Of a stretch of 43,792 bases of DNA, positions 24,885 through 32,146 are shown piece by piece; position 1 is the first letter of the stretch, and the number at the start of each line of letters is the position of its first letter. This DNA is from a bacterium. Lineage in GTDB: Bacteria; Ratteibacteria; UBA8468. The position numbers and the translations under genes are program-made. Under the pieces are notes generated by a model. It searched no databases. It was not told where the DNA came from and saw only the letters and a program-made list of their open reading frames with translations. Where the stretch lies: the NCBI GenBank assembly GCA_030630065.1, contig DAOVNU010000001.1, positions 1 to 43,792 on the forward strand, written 5' to 3'.

Positions 24885-26689
24885 TTTTCTTCTTTTTTCG
24901 CCTTCTCATATTTTTCTCTTCTTTTTTTGAGGTAGGTGGGTATTGGCACATCCCACCAACCGGCTACTTTACCACCAGAGTAAGGAAATTCTCTATTTAC
25001 AATCACCTCAATGACCGCTGGTCTTTTAGAACCAAAAGCTCTTTTTAATGCCGGCTTCACCTCTATTGGTTTCTCAATTCTTTCTGCATAGCAGCCGAAT
25101 CCTCGAGCAATAGAGGTAAAATCCGGGGAATAAAGTTTGTCCTTGTTGTTTCTAAATTCTGTTCCTACAATCCTTTCCTTACCAAAGGCGGCAATCTGCA
25201 GGTCGGTAATTGCCTGCCAGGCAAAGTTATTCAGGATAGCAATTACTATTGGAATATTATATTGAACCGCAGTAGAAAGTTCCTGCATGGTCATCATAAA
25301 GTCCCCGTCACCCAGCACACCAATAACCTCTTTTTCCGGTTCTGCTAACTTAACTCCGATGGCTGCGGGAAGGGTAAATCCCATCGTGGAAAAACCGCCA
25401 GAAGTAATAAGTGTTTTTGGCTCATAGAAAGGAAATTCCTGAAGAATCTGGGCCTGGGCATTACCGGAAGAGGTGACTACAATACCATCCTTAGGTAAGA
25501 ATTCTCGTAATTCCTTTAAGAAACGGGAGATGGTCACTGGAATCTTTTCCGATTCCCGGAAATCACGAATACTCTTAAACCATTCTTTCTTTAATCTTTG
25601 AATTTCTTGGTAATATTTTTCTTTGGCCGCAGAGCGAGTTCTGCCACTACAATTTTTAATTTTTAATTTTTCTATTATCTGCTTTAATATCTCTTTTGCA
25701 TCACCGAGAATTCCGAGCTCCACGGGATAGTTCTTGCCAATCTCGGTAGGGTCTAAATCAATTTGAATCAATTTAGTTGGGGGGATGGAGAAACTAACCC
25801 CTTTTTTGTAAGAAGAACAGGTTTCATCAGCAAATCTACAACCCACTGCTAAGAGGACATCGGCAGAAGAAGTAAGTTTATTCCCACAGCTTGTTCCTTT
25901 GGAACCGGCATGCCAGCCATAAAGAGGATGGTCTTCGGGAAAAGATGACTTACCCATCATTGTGGTAATAACCGCAGCAGTTAAACTTTCTGCTAACTTT
26001 TTTAACTCTGCTTCCGCATTAGCGGCAATTACACCCCCGCCGGCTAAAATAACCGGTCTCTTTGCTCTGACTAATAAATCTACTGCTTTTTTAATGAGTT
26101 CTGGGTCTCCAAACATTCTTGTTTGTGATTGATGTTTAACTGGCTCAGGAATCTTCACCTCAGCAGAATCTGCCTGGACATCCATCGGCAAATCAATGAG
26201 AACTGGACCACGTCTTCCGGCCAACATCTGATTAAAGGCTCTTTGTAAGATAGAAGGCAGTTGCCCTACATTAGTTACCTGCCACCAGCGTTTGACAATT
26301 GGTTCCAAAATTCTGGGGAAATTAGCGTCATGAGTTCTTTCAATCTCCTGGAGAACCCCTCTTCCAAACATATGGGTGTGAGTATCTCCAGTGATTACTA
26401 AAACCGGGGTAGAGTCAACAAAGCAGGTAGCAACCCCAACAGCGGTATTAATCGCCCCCGGACCAATGGAGGTAAAAACAGCCAAAGGTTTACCCGATAC
26501 CCGATAATATCCATCAGCTAAATGAACCGCAGACTGCTCATGCTTTACCTGAAGAATCTTAATTTTCTTCTCTCTTCCTTTAAAGGCATCAACAAGACCC
26601 AAGCAGCCATGGCCGGGAATCCCAACAAAGTAAGGGATTCCTTCCTTAATTAAGTACTTAGCAATAATTTCTCCACCGGTCAATTTCAT
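24881..26689 (-). CDS. Thiamine-diphosphate-dependent enzyme of the acetolactate-synthase superfamily, IolD-like
   Basis: 602 aa with FTSIGPGAINTAVGVATCFVDSTPVLVITGD and the ThDP motif GDGDFMMTMQELSTAVQYNIPIVIAILNN. An N-terminal GIPGHGCLGL and a C-terminal tail WWDVPIPTYLKKRREKYEKAKK recall B. subtilis IolD (GHGNVLGIG; WWHVGVAEVS...AYEAKEKK). That comparison is from memory and was not searched. Confidence 0.75.
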   Translation of the reverse strand: MKLTGGEIIAKYLIKEGIPYFVGIPGHGCLGLVDAFKGREKKIKILQVKHEQSAVHLADGYYRVSGKPLAVFTSIGPGAINTAVGVATCFVDSTPVLVITGDTHTHMFGRGVLQEIERTHDANFPRILEPIVKRWWQVTNVGQLPSILQRAFNQMLAGRRGPVLIDLPMDVQADSAEVKIPEPVKHQSQTRMFGDPELIKKAVDLLVRAKRPVILAGGGVIAANAEAELKKLAESLTAAVITTMMGKSSFPEDHPLYGWHAGSKGTSCGNKLTSSADVLLAVGCRFADETCSSYKKGVSFSIPPTKLIQIDLDPTEIGKNYPVELGILGDAKEILKQIIEKLKIKNCSGRTRSAAKEKYYQEIQRLKKEWFKSIRDFRESEKIPVTISRFLKELREFLPKDGIVVTSSGNAQAQILQEFPFYEPKTLITSGGFSTMGFTLPAAIGVKLAEPEKEVIGVLGDGDFMMTMQELSTAVQYNIPIVIAILNNFAWQAITDLQIAAFGKERIVGTEFRNNKDKLYSPDFTSIARGFGCYAERIEKPIEVKPALKRAFGSKRPAVIEVIVNREFPYSGGKVAGWWDVPIPTYLKKRREKYEKAKKEEK

Positions 26690-27657
26690 TTTTTGAGATT
26701 CTCAGAATGACTGAGAGCGTTCTTCCGTCTTAAAACTCGCTGGACTGCCTTGACAATATCATTTATTCCCATTCCATAATGGTCAAGGAGCAAATCGTAA
26801 TCTAATGCTGTTTCGGCAAAGGTATCGGCGATACCTACCTGCTCTAAAGGTACGGGATAGTTCTTCCCCAATGCTTCCGCCACTGCACTACCCAATCCAC
26901 CAATAACAGAATGTTCTTCCGCTGTGACAATTGCGCCTGTCTTTTCTGCAGATTCCTTTATTAAGGAAATATCCAATGGTTTAACTGTGTGCATATTTAT
27001 TACTCGTACATCTGTCCCTTCATTAGATAAAACTTTTGCTGCCTCAAGACAGCGAGCCAGCATTGAGCCATTAGCAATTATAGTTACCTCTTCTCCTTCT
27101 CGCACAATTACCCCTTTTCCAATTTTAATCTGATGGTTGTCATCAAAGATTACCGGCATATCAGCCCGACCAATCTGAAGATAAACCGGTCCTGGATATT
27201 CAGCTACCGCCTTCACCATTTTTTTCACCTCGATGGGGTCTCCTGGTACCACCACTGCCATATTAGGCATTGCTCGCATTACCGCAACATCTGTAATAGA
27301 GTGATGGGTGGGTCCATCCTTAAAGTCAGAGAGTCCGGCATATCCTCCGACAAGTTTTACATTGGTTTTCGCATAAGCGACACAGGTTCTGATTTGCTCA
27401 GTTGCTCGAAGAAAGAGACCTGCAAATGTATTTACAAAGGGGATCATCCCCCCTAATGCCAAACCAACTGCAGTATCAACCATCCCTGCTTCTGCAATGC
27501 CAACGTTAAAGAATCGCTCCGGGAACTCTTTGGCAAAATAACCGGTCTGTACTGAAGAGGAAACATCAGCCACTAAAACCACTACATCAGGATTAACTTT
27601 CCCATATTCAGCCAATGTTTCTCCGTAAGTTTTACGAACCGAGACCTTTTTATTCAT
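26686..27657 (-). CDS. Transketolase, C-terminal (pyrimidine-binding) subunit of a split transketolase
   Basis: 323 aa with RKTYGETLAEYGKVNPDVVVLVADVSSS ... FFNVGIAEAGMV ... GPTHHSITDVAVMRAMPNM. Confidence 0.9.
   Translation of the reverse strand: MNKKVSVRKTYGETLAEYGKVNPDVVVLVADVSSSVQTGYFAKEFPERFFNVGIAEAGMVDTAVGLALGGMIPFVNTFAGLFLRATEQIRTCVAYAKTNVKLVGGYAGLSDFKDGPTHHSITDVAVMRAMPNMAVVVPGDPIEVKKMVKAVAEYPGPVYLQIGRADMPVIFDDNHQIKIGKGVIVREGEEVTIIANGSMLARCLEAAKVLSNEGTDVRVINMHTVKPLDISLIKESAEKTGAIVTAEEHSVIGGLGSAVAEALGKNYPVPLEQVGIADTFAETALDYDLLLDHYGMGINDIVKAVQRVLRRKNALSHSENLKK
26695..26711 (-). repeat. GTCATT...AATCTC palindromic repeat, copy 4 (minimal form)
   Basis: The minus strand reads GTCATTCTGAGAATCTC. 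It encodes the residues SHSENL at the C-terminus of the transketolase C-subunit. Confidence 0.6.
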
Positions 27658-27662
27658 ATCTT

Positions 27663-27693
27663 GAGATTCTTCAGGCTTTGCCTTCAGAATGAC
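27663..27693 (-). repeat. GTCATT...AATCTC palindromic repeat, copy 5
   Basis: The minus strand reads GTCATTCTGAAGGCaaaGCCTGAAGAATCTC. It supplies the last codons and the TGA stop of the transketolase N-subunit and fills the 26-nt spacer before the C-subunit gene. Confidence 0.65.
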
Positions 27694-28520
27694 CTTGCGG
27701 TCAGTTCCTTCACTGCCTGGGCATACTCATTATCATCGGGTGCTTTACCATGCCATTCCGCTTTGTTCTCCATAAATGAGACGCCTTTACCCTTTATGGT
27801 GTGAGCGATAATGACAGTGGGTTTATTTTTATTTTCTTTCGCTTTATCCAATGCTTCTAATACCTCCTTTATATTGTGACCATCAATCTCTATAGTTTTC
27901 CAGTTAAAGGATTCCCATTTCTCCTTTATTGGTTCTAAAGGCATAATCTTATTTAGCGGCCCATCCAATTGCACTTTATTGTAATCCAAAATTGCAGTTA
28001 AGTTTGATAATTTATACTTGGCCGCGGTCATTACTCCCTCCCAGAGCACACCGGATTGACACTCTCCATCACCTACTAAAACATAAACATGATAATCAAG
28101 TCCCTTGAGACGAGCGGACAAGCAGAGTCCGGCTCCAATAGAGATTCCATGACCTAAAAAACCGGTAGTCATTTCTATTCCCGGGGTCTTTAATCGATCA
28201 GGATGTGCCTGTAAATGAGCGCCAATATGGCCCCAATTTTTAAGGTCTTCCATCGGGAAATAGCCTAAACCAGCAAGAGCCGGATAGAGAATAGCGCAGG
28301 CATGACCTTTGCTGAGGATAAAACGGTCACGATTTTCCCAATTGGGTCTATCGGGATCGATCCTTAGATGATGAAAGAAGAGAGCAGCAATAATCTCGGC
28401 GGCAGAGAGAGCACCTCCGGGATGCCCCTGTCCTCTGTGGTGAATCATCTCTAAGGCATCCAGGCGAAGCTGTTGTGCTTTCTCTTCTAATTCCTTGATT
28501 AATTCCTTCGAATATGCCAT
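27684..28520 (-). CDS. Transketolase, N-terminal (ThDP-binding) subunit of a split transketolase
   Basis: 278 aa with GHPGGALSAAEIIAALFFHHL ... ILSKGHA ... VLVGDGECQSGVLWEG. Confidence 0.9.
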   Translation of the reverse strand: MAYSKELIKELEEKAQQLRLDALEMIHHRGQGHPGGALSAAEIIAALFFHHLRIDPDRPNWENRDRFILSKGHACAILYPALAGLGYFPMEDLKNWGHIGAHLQAHPDRLKTPGIEMTTGFLGHGISIGAGLCLSARLKGLDYHVYVLVGDGECQSGVLWEGVMTAAKYKLSNLTAILDYNKVQLDGPLNKIMPLEPIKEKWESFNWKTIEIDGHNIKEVLEALDKAKENKNKPTVIIAHTIKGKGVSFMENKAEWHGKAPDDNEYAQAVKELTARSF

Positions 28521-28521
28521 T

Positions 28522-29970
28522 TTACCACCATCTTGCGATTACCACCTTTTTATGAGTAAAAAAATCAATAGCATCCTGGCCTTGTCCGTGAAGATCTCCG
28601 AAAAATGAATCCTTCATTCCCGCAAAAGAATAGAAGGACATTGGAGCAACTACCCCCACATTGATGCCTACATTTCCTGCCTCAATTTGATATTGAAACT
28701 GACGTGCCAATTTACCGTTTTGAGTATATATAGTTGCCGCATTGCCAAATCTGCTGGAGTTGGCAACACTGATAGCCTCATCAATGTCCTTTGCCTTCTT
28801 TAGACAAACGATAGGTCCAAAAAGCTCTTCATCAAAAATATGGGTTCCTGGTTTTGCATCCTCAAAAATTGTTGGACCAAGGAAATAGCCATTAGGATAT
28901 TCTTCAACCTTTACACCTCTTCCATCCAGAATGAGTTTTGCCCCTTCCTTAATACCGGTTTCAATATCCTGATGAAATTTCCTTAAGGCCTCCTTTGAAA
29001 TCACAGGTCCCATATCAACACCTTTTTCCAGACCGTTTCCTACTTTAAGGTTTGAGGCGGATTTAACAAAATTTTCCCTAAGTTCTTCATAGATGTTACC
29101 AACACCTAAAATGATGGAAGCGGCTAAACATCTCTGTCCCGCATTTCCAAAGCAGGAATTAATCATATTAGGGATTATCTTATCTAAATTGGCATCTGGC
29201 ATAACAATCAAGAAGTTGTTCGCTCCGCCATGACATTGAACTCTTTTACCATTTTCGGATGCCCTTTTATAAATTTGCTTAGCCGTTGGAGTGGAAGTAA
29301 CAGAGGAAATGCCGGCAATATCCTTATTTTCTAAAAGTTCATCGGTAACACCCTCGCCATTACCTATCAAATTAATTACACCTTTTGGAAAGCCACATTT
29401 TTCTATTAACTCAAAGATTTTAGTTTGAGTAAGGGGAGTCAAAGGAGAAGGTTTGGCAATGTAGGTATTCCCGCAGGCAACGGCCCAGGGCATAAACCAG
29501 AGGGGAACCATTGCCGGAAAGTTAAAAGGGAAAATACCGGCAAATACTCCGACGGGAATGCGAATTTCATATTCATCGATATCTTCTGCAACATCCTCAG
29601 AAAATCCTCCCTTCATTAGTGAAGGAATTCCACAGGCAGTCTCCACCATCTCGATAGAACGTCTCATCTCCCCATAGGCAGCAGGATATTCCTTTCCATG
29701 TTCCTGGGTAATGGTTTTGGCTAACTCTTCCCAATTCTCCTTTAAAAGATTATAAAGTTTAAATAAAAATCTACATCTTTCCACCGCGGGAACCTTTCTC
29801 CATTGCAAAAAGGCATTTTTAGCAGCCTTGACAGCATTTTTTACATCCTGGAGCGTGGAGGTATTGAATTGAGCTAAAACTTCACCTGTAGCCGGATTTT
29901 CTACATCAATGATTTTATTTCCGCCTGGCTCAATCCATTCTCCATTAACATAATTAAAAACTTTTTTCAT
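28522..29970 (-). CDS. mmsA: CoA-acylating methylmalonate/malonate-semialdehyde dehydrogenase (MmsA/IolA family)
   Basis: 482 aa with NYVNGEWIE...VENPATGEVLAQ, the catalytic Cys context NAGQRCLAAS, and the family-typical C-terminus FAGMKDSFFGDLHGQGQDAIDFFTHKKVVIARWW. Confidence 0.8.
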   Translation of the reverse strand: MKKVFNYVNGEWIEPGGNKIIDVENPATGEVLAQFNTSTLQDVKNAVKAAKNAFLQWRKVPAVERCRFLFKLYNLLKENWEELAKTITQEHGKEYPAAYGEMRRSIEMVETACGIPSLMKGGFSEDVAEDIDEYEIRIPVGVFAGIFPFNFPAMVPLWFMPWAVACGNTYIAKPSPLTPLTQTKIFELIEKCGFPKGVINLIGNGEGVTDELLENKDIAGISSVTSTPTAKQIYKRASENGKRVQCHGGANNFLIVMPDANLDKIIPNMINSCFGNAGQRCLAASIILGVGNIYEELRENFVKSASNLKVGNGLEKGVDMGPVISKEALRKFHQDIETGIKEGAKLILDGRGVKVEEYPNGYFLGPTIFEDAKPGTHIFDEELFGPIVCLKKAKDIDEAISVANSSRFGNAATIYTQNGKLARQFQYQIEAGNVGINVGVVAPMSFYSFAGMKDSFFGDLHGQGQDAIDFFTHKKVVIARWW

Positions 29971-29973
29971 AAG

Positions 29974-30720
29974 TTATCCTCCCTGATATTCTTGAGAAAT
30001 TTTGGAAGCAATATTTCTAATTAATAAACTTATTTTTTCTATTTTATTCTTGGTCAGCCTGAAGGAAGGTCCAGATACACCGATAGAGCCAGCTACTTTT
30101 CCTTCTGAATTTATAATTGGGGCGGCAACACATTTCACTCCTTTTACGTATTCTCCATTATCAAAAGCGTATCCCTGTCTTTTAATCTCTTTCAGGTGTG
30201 TGTGCAACTCTTTTAAATTAGTGATAGTGTGAGAGGTATAACGTTTCAAGGGTTTTCGAATAATTTTTTTTATTGTCTCTTTAGGTAAACAAGCAAGAAT
30301 GCTCTTGCCCACTGCTGTGCAATGAAGAGGTTCTCTGTCTCCTACTTCAGAACACATTCTTATATTATGTGAGCTTTCTATGCTTTCAATACAGATAGCC
30401 TCTTCTCCCTCAAGGATAACTAAATGAGCTGTCTCCCCTGTTTTTTCCTTGAGTTCCTTTAAATAAGGAAGGGCAAAATTCTTGAGGCTCTGGTTTCCTA
30501 ACACTCTCCTTGCTAAACTTAGAATTTTATATCCAAGTTTATACTTTTCGGTAGAAGAGTCCTGAATAACATAACCCTGGCTCTTTAAGGTAGCGAGGAT
30601 TCTATGGATGGTACTGGGAGGAAGGTTAAGTTTCTCTGCCAATTTCAGAATCCCGAAGCCCTCTTCCTTTTCAGGTAGAATCTCTAATAGCTTTAGGGTG
30701 CGATTAATTACTTGGACCAT
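29974..30720 (-). CDS. IclR family transcriptional regulator
   Basis: 248 aa with an N-terminal wHTH (LAEKLNLPPSTIHRILATLKSQGYV) and a C-terminal IclR effector domain (...GVKCVAAPIINSEGKVAGSIGVSGP). Confidence 0.85.
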   Translation of the reverse strand: MVQVINRTLKLLEILPEKEEGFGILKLAEKLNLPPSTIHRILATLKSQGYVIQDSSTEKYKLGYKILSLARRVLGNQSLKNFALPYLKELKEKTGETAHLVILEGEEAICIESIESSHNIRMCSEVGDREPLHCTAVGKSILACLPKETIKKIIRKPLKRYTSHTITNLKELHTHLKEIKRQGYAFDNGEYVKGVKCVAAPIINSEGKVAGSIGVSGPSFRLTKNKIEKISLLIRNIASKISQEYQGG

Positions 30721-30736
30721 CTTATCCTCTCCATTT

Positions 30737-30759
30737 CCATATTATGGAATTTCATTCCA
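30737..30759. promoter_or_regulatory. Two overlapping palindromes between the -10 and the start codon of iclR (candidate operator)
   Basis: CCATATTATGG (30737..30747) and TGGAATTTCATTCCA (30745..30759) were both read directly from the sequence. Confidence 0.4.
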
Positions 30760-30764
30760 CCAAT

Positions 30765-30793
30765 ATTTTAACAAAAAAATTTTTGCAAGTCAA
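30765..30793 (-). promoter_or_regulatory. Proximal sigma70-type promoter of the IclR regulator gene
   Basis: The minus strand reads TTGACT-tgcaaaaatttttttgt-TAAAAT with a 17-nt spacer, about 45 nt upstream of the ATG at 30720. Confidence 0.55.
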
Positions 30794-30869
30794 ATTCTCC
30801 ATTTCCTTAAAACCTATTATATTTACCCAATTTTATACTTTTGCAATTACTGTTTGAAATTCTTACGCA

Positions 30870-30898
30870 AGAGTAACACAAAAAAATTTGGCTGTCAA
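30870..30898 (-). promoter_or_regulatory. Distal promoter-like element upstream of iclR
   Basis: The minus strand reads TTGACA-gccaaatttttttgtgt-TACTCT with a 17-nt spacer. The -35 is the downstream end of the conserved 40-nt motif at 30894..30933. Confidence 0.35.
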
Positions 30899-30933
30899 AT
30901 CATTGTTGTAAAAAAGCGAGATGTTATGAGACA
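30894..30933 (-). promoter_or_regulatory. Conserved ~40-nt upstream motif, copy B (abuts the -35 of the distal iclR promoter-like element)
   Basis: The plus strand reads GTCAAatcaTTGTTGtAAAAAAgcGAGATGTTATGAGACA. Confidence 0.5.
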
Positions 30934-30994
30934 AGGGTAACATATAAAGAGGTGGAAGTCAAATTGAGACACTTCAAGATTGTCATAATCGACA

Positions 30995-31044
30995 TCAGGA
31001 GATGTCTCCCACATAATAATATTATTGTGGGAAAGGTCTCCTGA
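30995..31044. repeat. Long imperfect hairpin in the lpxK-iclR intergenic region
   Basis: TCAGGAGAtgtcTCCCACAtAATAAT / ATTATTGTGGGAaaggTCTCCTGA, about 20 paired positions with a 4x4 internal loop. No U-tract follows on either strand. Confidence 0.5.
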
Positions 31045-31057
31045 CCTTGATATTATA

Positions 31058-31073
31058 GATTCTTCGCAATGAC
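31058..31073 (-). repeat. GTCATT...AATCTC palindromic repeat, copy 6 (minimal, hybrid termini)
   Basis: The minus strand reads GTCATTGCGAAGAATCT, just downstream of the lpxK stop and next to the hairpin ATGACAGtgcatCTGTCAT. Confidence 0.5.
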
Positions 31074-31096
31074 AGATGCACTGTCATCTGTGGTTG

Positions 31097-32146
31097 TTAT
31101 TTAATTTTTAAAACTTCCCAAAGTTTTTCTTCGTCCTTAATTTTTACCTCAATTCTCAAAGCGCAGATCGGTTTTGGAAAACTAATTTCTTTTAGCTTAA
31201 TTAAATCCTTCTCGGTAGTGAGAAGAATGTCAAATTCTTCCCTCAAAATTCTCTTTAAGTCCCTCTTTTTATACCAGTGGTGGTCCGGGAAGAAGGATTT
31301 TCCCTTGATTTTAACTCCTAAACCCTTTACTAAATTTTCGAAGGTTAAAGGATTGCCGATGCCGGCAAGAAGCCAGACCTCTTTTCCAAAAATTGCGGAA
31401 AGTTCAGATATTTTCCCCGAGGAATCTACTAAAGAGACCGGTTGATAAGAACTTTCAATAATATTTGCCCTGGGATTGATTTCTTTGAGGTTTTTTTTGA
31501 AATTAGCCAACTTTTCCTGGTCTGTCAAATTTATATGATTAAGCCAGAAACAATCGGCACGTTTTAAACTGGACAAGGGCTCGCGCAGAAGACCGAGGGG
31601 AAGCAACTTTTTATTAGAAAAGGGAGATGTAGCATCAAGCACAACGATTTCTAAATCCTTTTTTAAATATCGATAATGAAAAGCATCATCCAGAATAATT
31701 GTGTCTGCCTTAAAATTGTTTAAAGCGATTTTAGTCAGTCCTTTCCGGTTTCTTCCGATGAGAACCGGGACTCCGCTTAAATTTTTTGCCAATAAACCTG
31801 CTTCATCCCCGCTTTCTCTTGGCTCCAGTAGAATTTCCCTTTTGTTGGAAACCAGAAAGCCGTTTCCTTTTTTCTTGTAACCCCGGGCAATAACCGCTAT
31901 TTCCTTTTCCTTTTTTAGGAATTGTTTTGCCAAAAAGATTGTAATTGGCGTCTTTCCCGTTCCTCCGGCGGTAATATTCCCGATACTAATTAGAAAGCAA
32001 TTCAATTTTATACTTTTTAAAAGGAATTGGTGGCAAAAAAGGAAATTTCTTATTTCCACTACTAACCAATAGAAAAAGGAAAAAGGAATCAGCAAAGGAA
32101 AAAAAAGAGCAATTTTCTGATTTCTTTTAATCTGAAAGTTTCTCAT
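31097..32146 (-). CDS. lpxK: Tetraacyldisaccharide 4'-kinase
   Basis: 349 aa with an N-terminal hydrophobic anchor and the P-loop ISIGNITAGGTGKTP. It overlaps the upstream gene by 20 nt. Confidence 0.85.
   Translation of the reverse strand: MRNFQIKRNQKIALFFPLLIPFSFFYWLVVEIRNFLFCHQFLLKSIKLNCFLISIGNITAGGTGKTPITIFLAKQFLKKEKEIAVIARGYKKKGNGFLVSNKREILLEPRESGDEAGLLAKNLSGVPVLIGRNRKGLTKIALNNFKADTIILDDAFHYRYLKKDLEIVVLDATSPFSNKKLLPLGLLREPLSSLKRADCFWLNHINLTDQEKLANFKKNLKEINPRANIIESSYQPVSLVDSSGKISELSAIFGKEVWLLAGIGNPLTFENLVKGLGVKIKGKSFFPDHHWYKKRDLKRILREEFDILLTTEKDLIKLKEISFPKPICALRIEVKIKDEEKLWEVLKIK

Noticed and set aside
24881-26689. Calling the ThDP enzyme acetolactate synthase (IlvB) or sulfoacetaldehyde acetyltransferase (Xsc)
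   Set aside because: There is no ilvN/ilvC context and no sulfite-handling or sulfonate transporter genes. The GHG N-terminal motif and the WW-x-V...YEKAKK tail fit my recollection of IolD better. I keep it as IolD-like and unresolved, because no alignment could be run.
30995-31044. Long hairpin and neighbouring hairpins as the rho-independent terminator of lpxK
   Set aside because: No U-tract follows any of the stems on the transcribed strand, so I list them as repeat or structure only.
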